DNA of 64,000 nt from an uncultured Candidatus Rokubacteria bacterium (lineage in GTDB: Bacteria; Methylomirabilota; Methylomirabilia; Rokubacteriales; DASRDR01): NCBI GenBank assembly GCA_963826115.1, contig CAWGVS010000007.1, positions 96,001 through 160,000 on the forward strand, read 5' to 3'. The notes beneath the pieces were generated by a model. The model worked only from the letters and a program-made list of their open reading frames with translations. It was not told the DNA's origin and searched no databases. A program made the position numbers and the translations under genes. How positions within the stretch are numbered: the first letter of the stretch is position 1; the number at the start of each line of letters is the position of its first letter. This document shows, piece by piece, positions 9,915-18,855 of this stretch.

Positions 9915-11960
9915 CTAGGACGCTGGAGTCCAGGAGTTGCCGGGCCGGCACGCTGCCGGATCCGCACTCTCGGGCGCGTCCGAGAAGGTAGCCGTCATTG
10001 CCGAGATTCTCCGCGAATCGGCCGCGCTGATGGTGCGGTTCCCCTGGATTGACTCGAGCCGACCACCGGCGAGCCGCAGACCACAGAGATCCTCGTACCC
10101 GACCAAACGCCGGGTCGAGCCTTGAAACTCGACGTACTCGATCCGGGCGTTCACGCGAGCCGCATCGCTCGGCTTGTACACCGTGACTCGCCACGACCAC
10201 TTCCAGTCCGGCTGACGCCGATCGACGACTCCGAAGCGGATTGCGACGACTTCAATGGGGGAGGTGCTCGATTCCTGCCTCGCCGAGACCTTCCCGACGA
10301 TCGGAGGCGTTCGGTCGGACGACACCACGGGCCAGCCGAGGAGGCCGGCCCCGATCAATACCATGGCAAGCCCAGTCGCGAATCCTCCCACGGCGGTCAT
10401 CGGGGTCCGCCACGCGCCCCATCGCTCGTGGCCAAACTGGCGCTGGGTCGACGCGGCGACGGCCATGCCGAGAACGACCGCGGCGCGGCCCGGGCTGCCA
10501 AGATATCCCGCCCATGTCTGGCGCGCGGGAGTCAGACCGCTCGCCGCGCGGACCAAGCGCCGTCGGCGCGTCCCGACCACGCCGGCGCCCAGCGTGGCCA
10601 TGGCCTGGCCCGTGTCGCGCAGACGAACCGCCGCTCGCGACGCGCTGGTCAGCGCGCTGAGCGCGCCTCGCCCCGCCGCCTGCAGCCCGTGCCGACTCCT
10701 CGCCACCACCGCACCGCCCAGCGTGCTCGCCCCGCGGCCCGCGCGCTCGAGTCCTGCCACCCCCGCCCGCGCCGCCCCGCTCACCCCGCTCAGCACGCCT
10801 CGCCCCGCCGCCTGCAGCCCGTGCCGACTCCTCGCCGCCGCCGCGCCGCCCAGCGTGCTCGCCCCGCGGCCCGCGCGCTCGAGTCCTGCCACCCCCGCCC
10901 GCGCCGCCCCGCTCACCCCGCTCAGCACGCCTCGCCCCGCCGCCTGCAGCCCGCGCCCACTCGCCACCACCGCACCGCCCAGCGTGCTCGCCCCGCGGCC
11001 CGCGCGCTCGAGTCCTGCCACCCCCGCCCGCGCCGCCCCGCTCACCCCGCTCAGCACGCCTCGCCCCGCCGCCTGCAGCCCGTGCCGACTCCTCGCCACC
11101 GCCGCGGCGCCCAGCGTGCTCGCCCCGCGGCCCGCGCGCTCGAGTCCTGCCACCCCCGCCCGCGCCGCCCCGCTCACCCCGCTCAGCACGCCTCGCCCCG
11201 CCGCCTGCAGCCCGTGCCGACTCCTCGCCGCCGCGGCGACGCCCAGGGTAGCTAGGCCGTGGACCGGGCCGCTCAGGCCTACCGCGGCGTGGGGCACGCG
11301 GGCCAGCCCCTCGAACGCTCGACGGCCCGCCTGGCGCACCTGACGCTGGTTGACCACGGCCCCGAGAATGTGCCCATGCACCGCCTCGAGCTGCTCCGTG
11401 GCGCGACGGACCACGAACTGCGGCACCTTGCCGCCTATCACGAGAAGAATGCCGTCGACCACCGGCGCCAGCGTCGTGGCATCGCTCGCCGCCAGAACCG
11501 GAGGGGAGTCCAGAAGGACCACATCGTATTGCTCGGTCACGGCCTGGAGCAGCTCGCGCATGCGCCGAGAGAACAGGAGATCCGAGGGATTGCCCGCGAA
11601 GGGTCCGCTGGGGATGACGGAGAGGTTGGGGACCGACGTCCGCGCCACGACCGTCTCGAGCTCGGCTGTGCCCGCGAGGTAGGACGATAGTCCGACAGCA
11701 CTAGGCACCTGCAATAGCGTGTGAAGGACCGGGCGTCGGAGGTCGGCGTCCACGAGCAGCACGCGGCACTCGGCTTGGGCCAGCGAGATCCCGAGGTTGG
11801 CCGTGACGCTGGACTTGCCGGCGCCCACTTCCGCGCTGGTGACCAGCACGCTGCGCGGCGTCGGCATCGCGTGGTGGAGGTAGTTCCGCAGCATTCGATA
11901 GGCCTCCGCGGCCGATGACCGCGGATCGTCCAGCAACACGGGTCGAGGAGTATGTGGCAT
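9915..11960 (-). CDS. CpsD/CapB-type bacterial tyrosine kinase domain fused to tandem repeats, a TM helix and a C-terminal domain
   Basis: AEAYRMLR, Walker A TSAEVGAGKS, A' VDADLRRP, Walker B LLDSPP; then 44-aa repeats and the hydrophobic FATGLAMVLIGAGLLGW. Confidence 0.85.
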   Translation of the reverse strand: MPHTPRPVLLDDPRSSAAEAYRMLRNYLHHAMPTPRSVLVTSAEVGAGKSSVTANLGISLAQAECRVLLVDADLRRPVLHTLLQVPSAVGLSSYLAGTAELETVVARTSVPNLSVIPSGPFAGNPSDLLFSRRMRELLQAVTEQYDVVLLDSPPVLAASDATTLAPVVDGILLVIGGKVPQFVVRRATEQLEAVHGHILGAVVNQRQVRQAGRRAFEGLARVPHAAVGLSGPVHGLATLGVAAAARSRHGLQAAGRGVLSGVSGAARAGVAGLERAGRGASTLGAAAVARSRHGLQAAGRGVLSGVSGAARAGVAGLERAGRGASTLGGAVVASGRGLQAAGRGVLSGVSGAARAGVAGLERAGRGASTLGGAAAARSRHGLQAAGRGVLSGVSGAARAGVAGLERAGRGASTLGGAVVARSRHGLQAAGRGALSALTSASRAAVRLRDTGQAMATLGAGVVGTRRRRLVRAASGLTPARQTWAGYLGSPGRAAVVLGMAVAASTQRQFGHERWGAWRTPMTAVGGFATGLAMVLIGAGLLGWPVVSSDRTPPIVGKVSARQESSTSPIEVVAIRFGVVDRRQPDWKWSWRVTVYKPSDAARVNARIEYVEFQGSTRRLVGYEDLCGLRLAGGRLESIQGNRTISAADSRRISAMTATFSDAPESADPAACRPGNSWTPAS
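10656..11246 (-). repeat. In-frame coding tandem repeat, ~4.5 copies of a 132-bp unit (one copy 129 bp)
   Basis: TGCAGCCC anchor at 10681, 10813, 10945, 11074, 11206; the unit encodes GLQAAGRGVLSGVSGAARAGVAGLERAGRGASTLGxAxxARSRH. Confidence 0.95.
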
Positions 11961-12168
11961 CGTCACATCGATTCCCACTTCGACTTCCGGTCGGCAGGAA
12001 TGAATTGCAAACGCGACGAAGACAACCGAGGCGCGGACCCCGCGCCCTACGAACCTCGGCGCCTTTCTGCGGCACCTCCCCGGGCCAGCCCGTCCTGGCC
12101 CACCGCCTGACTATAGGCCGATCGGATCGGAGCGGCAATAGCTCGCCGGCGGGCCGGCGCCCCTGCAT

Positions 12169-13692
12169 CTAGATCAGGCGGCGATCGAGCGTGCGGTAGG
12201 CGAGCGCTTCCGCCAGGTGCTCCACGCCGATCGCGTCCGCGTCCGCCAGGTCCGCGATCGTCCGCGCCACCTTGAGCACGCGGTCGTGCGCGCGCGCCGA
12301 GAGCCCGAGCCGCGCCGACGCGCGGAGTAGAAGGTCTCGCCCCGCCGGTCCGAGGGGACAGTGCCGCGCGAGCTGCCGCGGCGTCAGGCGCGCGTTCACG
12401 CGCCCGCGTCCCCGCTCGCCGCGCGCCCGCTGGCGCACCCGCGCCCGGGCCACCCGCCCCTGCACCGCCAGCGACTCCGGCGAGGCCCCGTCGCGGACGC
12501 CGGGCACCTCCGGCGGCACGGGGCCCACCTCCACGTGGAGATCGATCCGGTCGAGGAGCGGCGCGGACAGGCGGCCCAGGTAGCGCGCGCGCTCCGCCGG
12601 CGTACAGACGCACCCGTCCACGCTCCGGCAGCCACGCCGGCAGGGGTTCATCGCGCCCACGAGCTGCACCTCCGCCGGCAGCCGCACCGTCCCGCCCGCG
12701 CGCGCCACCGTGAGCACCCCGTCCTCCAGCGGCTGCCGGAGCGTGTCGAGCGCGTGGGGCGCGAACTCCGGCAGCTCGTCCAGGAAGAGCACGCCGAGGT
12801 GCGCGAGGCTCACCTCGCCCGGATGCGGGAGCCGGCCGCCGCCCACGAGTCCCGCGGCGGAGACCGTGTGGTGCGGCGCCCGGAACGGCCGCCGGGTGAC
12901 GAGCCCCTCCGCCGGGAGCAGTCCCGCCACGCTCCACACGCGGCTCACCTCGATCACCTCGGCCACCGTGAGCGGCGGCAGGATCGTCGGGAGCCGCCGC
13001 GCGAGCAGCGTCTTCCCGGTCCCCGGCGGGCCGATCAGCAGGAGGTTGTGGCCGCCGGCGGCGGCGATCTCCAGGGCTCGCTTCGCGTGGGCCTGACCCC
13101 GCACGTCGCCGAGGTCCACGTCGTCGGGCAGCGCGGCGACGAGAAGCTCCGCCGGCTCGGCGGGCGTCCGCGCGATCGGCTGCTCGTCGTTCAGGAACGC
13201 CGCCGCCTCGGCGAGGGAGCCCACGGCGTATACCGCGAGGGCCTCGAGCACCGACGCCTCCGCGGTGTTGCCAGCGGCCAGGAGGCAGCCGTCGAGCCCC
13301 GCGTGGCTCGCCCGGAGCGCCATCGGGAGCACCCCGCGCACGGGATGGATCGTCCCGTCGAGGGCGAGCTCGCCCACCACCAGGAGGCGCGCGAGCCGCT
13401 CGGGCTTCACCGCGCCCGTCGCGGCGAGGAGGCCGAGCGCGATGGGAAGGTCGAAGCTCACTCCCTCCTTCCGGAGGTCCGCCGGCGCCAGGTTGACGGT
13501 GACTCGCTCGAGCGGGAACGCGAAGCCGGAGTTGCGGATGGCCGTGCGGACGCGCTCCCGGCTCTCGCGCACGACCGGGTCCGGCAGGCCGACCGTCGAG
13601 AACGTGGGCAGACCCTGGCTCACGTCCACCTCGACGCGGACGAGCGCGGCGTCGACGCCGGCGAGGCAGGCGGAGAAGACCCGGGCCAGCAT
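12169..13692 (-). CDS. comM: YifB/ComM family Mg-chelatase-like AAA+ ATPase
   Basis: VGLPDPVVRESRERVR, NLAPADLRKEG..FDLPIA, GPPGTGKT, GEVSLAHLGVLFLDELPEF, DRIDLH; start ATG 13692. Confidence 0.95.
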   Translation of the reverse strand: MLARVFSACLAGVDAALVRVEVDVSQGLPTFSTVGLPDPVVRESRERVRTAIRNSGFAFPLERVTVNLAPADLRKEGVSFDLPIALGLLAATGAVKPERLARLLVVGELALDGTIHPVRGVLPMALRASHAGLDGCLLAAGNTAEASVLEALAVYAVGSLAEAAAFLNDEQPIARTPAEPAELLVAALPDDVDLGDVRGQAHAKRALEIAAAGGHNLLLIGPPGTGKTLLARRLPTILPPLTVAEVIEVSRVWSVAGLLPAEGLVTRRPFRAPHHTVSAAGLVGGGRLPHPGEVSLAHLGVLFLDELPEFAPHALDTLRQPLEDGVLTVARAGGTVRLPAEVQLVGAMNPCRRGCRSVDGCVCTPAERARYLGRLSAPLLDRIDLHVEVGPVPPEVPGVRDGASPESLAVQGRVARARVRQRARGERGRGRVNARLTPRQLARHCPLGPAGRDLLLRASARLGLSARAHDRVLKVARTIADLADADAIGVEHLAEALAYRTLDRRLI

Positions 13693-14185
13693 CACGGTCT
13701 TCGCCAGCGGCGCGATGCTCGCCCGGCGCGCGCGGCGTGCCCAGCGGTCGAGTCCACGCTTGGAGCTGTTGCAAGCAGTGATCCGGACCGGGCGACTCAG
13801 CGAATTGTGGATCCATGCGGCTGTCCCGCCGGGAGCCGCCTCGAGCGGCGGCGAGACGATACGGCGTGTATCTGAAGTCACGCCTCCCCATTTACTCCGC
13901 CTCGGCGATGCTACGGATCGGATATGGCTGGGATACGATGGGCGGACACAATGGAGATGCGAGTTCGAACATCCACGTCCATCCCCTTCTCCGCTCCCGT
14001 ATTGGTCGCGCGGCGCGGCGGCAGGCGGCACGCCACGGCCTAGACGTGATGACGACGAGCTACGAAGAGCTTCTCCGGCGACTCGCGCGCCACCCGTGCC
14101 GGGCGCCACTTGACGCGCTGCGAGCGTCCGCCCCGGGACAGGACCATAGATTGTGGTGCGAGTGCCTCGGGAACGTGACTTGACA

Positions 14186-15033
14186 ATGCCGGCGCTCGTG
14201 AAACGGGCGGCGCGCCGCGCCGGGTCACGCCCGTAACCGGCCTGCCCTCGCCGGCTCTCGGGCGCGCCACCTTCCGGATCGAGCTGGTCGATGGCCGTGT
14301 CTTGAAAGGACGGCGCTTCGACCACCCCTTGCACGCGGAGAGCCTCGTCCGGCTGACCGGACTCCTAGGACTCGAGTGTCTCTCGCGGGTGGTGGCGCGA
14401 CGGGGCGCGGCGACACTGGAGGAGTGGGTGCCCGGCCCCACCATCGAGGGCCTGGCGCGCACGCCCGCCGTCCTGGAGGCCTGCGGAGCCATCCTTGGAC
14501 GGATCCACGCCCGGCCCCCCCTGCCGAGTGACCTGGTCAGCGCCCCGAGCGTCGAAGGTCGCCGTGCGGTCGCGGAACAGCAGGTCGGACAGCTCGAGCG
14601 ACTGGGCCTCGTAACCTCCGGTCTAGGCCCGCAGCTCCGGGCGCTCATCGCCGCCGAGGCCCCAGTCACGGCGACCGCCGGCTTCGTCCACCGCGATTTC
14701 GCGCCCGGGAACCTCGTGCTCAGCCCGGAAGGTCGGCCAGTGGCCGTGGACAACACCACGCTGGGGATCGACCTCCATGACTTCGACCTCGGCCGCACCT
14801 GGTATCGCTGGCCGATGACGGCGGACGAGTGGACGGCGTTCGCCAGGGGGTACCGCCGCGAGCGCAGCCCGGACGCCTTCGACGCGCACTTTCGGTTCTG
14901 GGCCGTGGCGGCGCTCGTTGATGCCGCCCTCTTTCGCTACAACGCCTGCGTCGACGGCGTCGAGATCCCGCTCACGCGGCTGGCGCTGCTCGCACAGGCG
15001 CGAGGGGCCGGCTTCGGCCCGGAGGCCGCGTGA
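14186..15033 (+). CDS. Aminoglycoside phosphotransferase (APH/choline kinase-like) family protein; 5' end frameshifted or using a non-canonical start
   Basis: HRDFAPGN Brenner motif, AVDN, DFDLG; coding-like sequence runs in frame upstream of TTG 14302 to a stop at 14176, and the only nearby ATG (14186) is out of frame. Confidence 0.7.
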
Positions 15034-15434
15034 CGGCTCCGGGCGGCGCGGTGCGCCTCACCTGCAGCGATGTCACCATCGGGGTGAGCAGCGCCACCGC
15101 GGCCCCCGTGCGATGGCTGGAGGAGTTCCTCGAGCCCTGGTTCCGGGTCGACCGCGCTGGGACGGTGGGTGTGACGGTGACCCTCACTCTCGACGGCGAA
15201 CGCCTCCGCGCCCTGCGCCGCGACGTGGGAGCCGGCGCCGCGCTGGTCGACACGTTCGTGCTCGACAGCCGGGTGACGCGATGTCCCGCCCTGGAGCACC
15301 CGCGTGGCCGCTGGACGGTGCTCGACGAGGCCATGGGCGCCGCCGCCTGTCAGATGCGGTCCAGGGCGTTCCGGCACGTGGAGACGATCCCGTCGGCAGG
15401 CGTCAAGGACGCTCCGGTCAAGGGGAGCCAGTGA
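15030..15434 (+). CDS. Hypothetical protein, possibly truncated
   Basis: GTGA-coupled to both neighbours; protein-like N-terminal part (WLEEFLEPWF), no recognisable catalytic motif. Confidence 0.5.
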   Translation: MTAPGGAVRLTCSDVTIGVSSATAAPVRWLEEFLEPWFRVDRAGTVGVTVTLTLDGERLRALRRDVGAGAALVDTFVLDSRVTRCPALEHPRGRWTVLDEAMGAAACQMRSRAFRHVETIPSAGVKDAPVKGSQ

Positions 15435-17071
15435 GAAGAGCGGCGTGGCTGGCTCATCCCGGCCGGGGAGCGGCCCTGCTGCTCGCGGCGTTCGTGGTCC
15501 TCGAGGTCGGAAGCCTCTGGCATATGACGCTCACGACAGACGAGGTCAGCCACTATGCCTACGGCTGGCAGATCGCCAACTTCGACTCGACACGGTTCGG
15601 CTACAGCAAGATGCCGTTCTCGGCGCTCAACGCGCTGCCGCGTCGGCTGGCCTCGGGGCTCGAGCCGGGGGCCCTACGGAGCCACCTGGAGACGATCGAG
15701 TTCGGCCGGTACGCGACGGTGGTCTGTGCGGTGTGGCTCGGGTGGCTGGTCTTCCGCTGGGCCGGAGCGCTCTACGGGCCCGCGGCGGGGCTCCTGGCAC
15801 TCACGCTGTTCGTGTTCGATCCGAACATCCTGGCGAACGCGGGGCTCGTGACCACCGACCTGTACGCGGCGTCGATGATCGCGCTCGCCGTGTGGTCCTT
15901 CTGGCGATTCCTCAACCACCGGGGGCCGGGCGTGTGGCGGGCGGCGACGGTGAGCGCGGGGCTGTTCGGCCTGGCCCAGCTTGCCAAGTACACGTCGGCG
16001 TATCTCATGCCGATTCTACTGCTGATCGCGCTCGGGCACGCGACCCCGGCTGTCTGGGCCCTCGGGCGGGCCGGGGAGTGGCGCGCCCTGGCCGCGCGGG
16101 TCGTCACGGCCGGGAAGTACGCGGGGCTCTATGTGGTCGCGTTTCTGGTCATCGTCAACCTGGGGTACTGGGGCCAGGGCACGTTCCGGCCGCTGGCGAC
16201 CTACGGGTTCCGCTCGAATCACTTCCAGAGGGTGCAGGCGGCGTTCCGGCCGGTGCCCGGTCTCCGGGTGCCGGTGCCCTCGGCGTACGTCGAGGGCATC
16301 GACTTAACGCTCTACAACGAGCGCTTGGGGAGGAACGTCTACCTGCTGGGGCAGATGGGCAAGGACGGTGTGCCGGGACGACGCTTTCCGGAGTACTACG
16401 CCGTCGCGTGGCTCTACAAGGAGCCCATTGCGACCCAACTCCTCCTGCTCCTCGCAGTCGTGGCCTACGTGGTCCGCTGGCGGCGGTTCGACTTCCGCCG
16501 CAACGAGTGGTTCCTCATGTGCCCCGTCCTGTTCTTCGCCTGGTATTTCACGTTCGTGTTCAACATGCAGATCGGGTACCGGTTCGCGTTGGTCGTGCTG
16601 CCGTTTCTCTTCGTGTTCACGAGCAGCCTCCTGCGCGATGCGGCGACGATGAGGCGCGGGCCGAAGCTCCTGATCGGGGGCCTCGTGCTCTATCTCGTGG
16701 TCTCCGTGCTGTCGTACTACCCCCACGTCATTCCGTACTTCAACGAGCTCGTCTGGGACCGGACGAAGGCGTATCGGATCCTGGCCGACTCGAACTTGGG
16801 GTGGAGCCAGAACAAGTGGTACGTCGAGCGGTACCTCCGCCGCCACCCGGACGCCCTTTTCGAGCCGGACGTGCCGCAGGCCGGCACGATCGTCGTCTCG
16901 GTCAACAAGTACGTCGGGCTCTGGTCCGCGGAGCGGTACCGGTGGCTGCGGGAGAACTTCGAGCCCGTCGGGCACGTTGCCCACGGGCACCTGATCTTCA
17001 GGGTTACTCCCGAGAAGCTCAGGCAAATAACGGATCCGCTGCCCGCCGATGCGGGGGACAAGCAAGACTGA
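15431..17071 (+). CDS. GT-C fold glycosyltransferase (ArnT/PMT-like, GT39/GT83)
   Basis: TM1 followed by TTDEVSHY acidic motif, FDPNILANAGLVTTD, LAKYT, many TM helices, LADSNLGWSQ; GTG start 15431. Confidence 0.85.
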   Translation: MRRAAWLAHPGRGAALLLAAFVVLEVGSLWHMTLTTDEVSHYAYGWQIANFDSTRFGYSKMPFSALNALPRRLASGLEPGALRSHLETIEFGRYATVVCAVWLGWLVFRWAGALYGPAAGLLALTLFVFDPNILANAGLVTTDLYAASMIALAVWSFWRFLNHRGPGVWRAATVSAGLFGLAQLAKYTSAYLMPILLLIALGHATPAVWALGRAGEWRALAARVVTAGKYAGLYVVAFLVIVNLGYWGQGTFRPLATYGFRSNHFQRVQAAFRPVPGLRVPVPSAYVEGIDLTLYNERLGRNVYLLGQMGKDGVPGRRFPEYYAVAWLYKEPIATQLLLLLAVVAYVVRWRRFDFRRNEWFLMCPVLFFAWYFTFVFNMQIGYRFALVVLPFLFVFTSSLLRDAATMRRGPKLLIGGLVLYLVVSVLSYYPHVIPYFNELVWDRTKAYRILADSNLGWSQNKWYVERYLRRHPDALFEPDVPQAGTIVVSVNKYVGLWSAERYRWLRENFEPVGHVAHGHLIFRVTPEKLRQITDPLPADAGDKQD

Positions 17072-17298
17072 CCTCGCTCGCGCGCGCGGCCGCCCGGGCT
17101 GCCTGAGCCCGACGCCCGACGCGGGGGGCCCGCCCAGGGGTCCAGCGGGGCGCCCCACGAAGTACGACAGGAAGGGTGTCCGGATGCTAGTCTCTCGTCC
17201 GGCGGCGGATCCCCAACGGGCATCCCACCGCACTAGCCGGAGCTTGGGGCCATTCAGATTGACCCCCTGGCCGACGGGAGGCGCGAGGAAGCGCAGTG

Positions 17299-18093
17299 AT
17301 GCTGGTTGCCTTCTCGATCATTGCGGTGCTCGCCTTCGCGGCGGAGCGGCTATGGCCCGCGCGGCCCCAGGTTGTGTTCCGTCCCGGCCTCGTGACCGAC
17401 GGCATCTACCTCGCCATCAACATCGTCCTTCGCATCGCGTTCACCAACACCCTGGCGATCGCCGTCTCGCGCGCCGGTCAGCAGCTGTTTCCTCGCCACA
17501 CCGTGTCGGTCCTCAGCGACGCGCCGTTCTGGGTACAGACCGTGGCGGTGATCGTGGCCATCGACTTCTGCTTCTACTGGATGCACCGGGCCAAGCACCA
17601 GTGGGCGTGGTGGTGGCGCCTCCATGAGACGCACCACAGCTCCCGCGAGCTCGACTGGTTCTCGAGCGTGCGCTTCCACCCCCTCGAGAAGATCCTCGAC
17701 CGTCTCCTCTACTTGCTGCCACTCCTGTTTCTCGGGGTCTCGGACGCGGCTCTGCTGGTCCTGTCCATCCTGGATGCGACGGTGGCCACCTTCGCCCATG
17801 CGAACACCACGTTCCGGATCGGGCCGCTGATCTACCTCTTCGTGGGGCCCGAGATGCACCGCTGGCATCACGCGCGGGACCCCAGATTCCAGAACGTGAA
17901 CTTCAGCAACAACCTCTCGATCTTCGACTGGATGTTCGGCACCGCGTATGTCCCGGGGCAGGCACCAGCGGAGTTCGGCGTCGACGACGAGGCCTATCCG
18001 GAGGGGAACATCGCCCGACAGTTCACGTACGCATTTCGGCCGATGGAGTCCGTCGCCGCCGCGCCGCATGCCCGCTTGGCGGAAGACGCCTGA
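17299..18093 (+). CDS. Sterol desaturase / fatty acid hydroxylase family protein
   Basis: His boxes YWMHRAKH, HETHHS, RFHPLE, HAN, MHRWHH; NFSNNLSIFDWMFGT. Confidence 0.92.
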   Translation: MLVAFSIIAVLAFAAERLWPARPQVVFRPGLVTDGIYLAINIVLRIAFTNTLAIAVSRAGQQLFPRHTVSVLSDAPFWVQTVAVIVAIDFCFYWMHRAKHQWAWWWRLHETHHSSRELDWFSSVRFHPLEKILDRLLYLLPLLFLGVSDAALLVLSILDATVATFAHANTTFRIGPLIYLFVGPEMHRWHHARDPRFQNVNFSNNLSIFDWMFGTAYVPGQAPAEFGVDDEAYPEGNIARQFTYAFRPMESVAAAPHARLAEDA

Positions 18094-18132
18094 GGTGCCG
18101 AGCCGCCTCACGCCGGGCGGCGAGACGGGCTG

Positions 18133-18855
18133 ATGTACGGCGGGTTCCGCGTGATTGCGATGGCGCCGATGCTCGACGAGGCGCGGAAGATCGGCAGCGT
18201 CGTGGCCCGGACCCCGCGCCCGCTCGTGGATGAAGTACTCGCCATCGACGATGGCTCCCGGGACGCCTCCGCCGAGGTGGCTCGGGCCGGCGGTGCCCGG
18301 GTGCTGCCACTCGGACGGACGGTCGGCGTCGGGGCCGCGCTCCGGGCGGGCTTCCGCTACGCCGTCGACGCCGGCTTCGACATCGTCGTCGTGATGGCCG
18401 GCAACAACAAGGACTCGCCGGAGGAGATCTCGCTCTTGCTGGATCCGATCGTCGAGGGTCGGGCGGACTTCGTCCAAGGCTCCCGGTTCCGCAAGGTCAA
18501 TCCTGACTTCGGGGAGATGCCCTTCTACCGACGGGTTGCGACGCGCGTCCATCCCCGGCTGTTCTCGCTCGTGGCGCGCCGCCGGGTGACCGACTCGACC
18601 AACGGCTTTCGGGCCATCCACCGTCGGCTTCTCACGGATCCACGTCTCGACCTGGCGCAACCGTGGCTCGACCAGTACGAGCTGGAGCCCTATCTCTACC
18701 TCCGCGCCATCCAGCTCGGCTACCGGACCGTGGAGGTTCCCGTCACCAAGCGATACGGAAGCCGGGCCCTCGGCCAGACCAAGATGCCGCCGGTGGTCGG
18801 CTGGTGGTCGATCCTCTCCCCCATCGTGTACCTGGGACTTGGTCTCAAGCGATGA
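18133..18855 (+). CDS. Glycosyltransferase family 2 (polyprenol-phosphate glycosyltransferase/DPM1-like)
   Basis: IDDGSRD, GVGAALRAG, ADFVQGSRF, TDSTNGFRA; the DxD position reads MAGNNKD. Confidence 0.85.
   Translation: MYGGFRVIAMAPMLDEARKIGSVVARTPRPLVDEVLAIDDGSRDASAEVARAGGARVLPLGRTVGVGAALRAGFRYAVDAGFDIVVVMAGNNKDSPEEISLLLDPIVEGRADFVQGSRFRKVNPDFGEMPFYRRVATRVHPRLFSLVARRRVTDSTNGFRAIHRRLLTDPRLDLAQPWLDQYELEPYLYLRAIQLGYRTVEVPVTKRYGSRALGQTKMPPVVGWWSILSPIVYLGLGLKR

Noticed and set aside
10656-11246. Regular repeats as a CRISPR array
   Set aside because: Units are ~132-bp contiguous near-identical copies with no unique spacers, they preserve a reading frame, and no cas genes are present.
13815-14183. 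122-aa ORF (or 44-aa MTTSYEELL... ORF) upstream of the APH gene
   Set aside because: Atypical codon usage, no RBS or motif; more likely decayed island-edge sequence.
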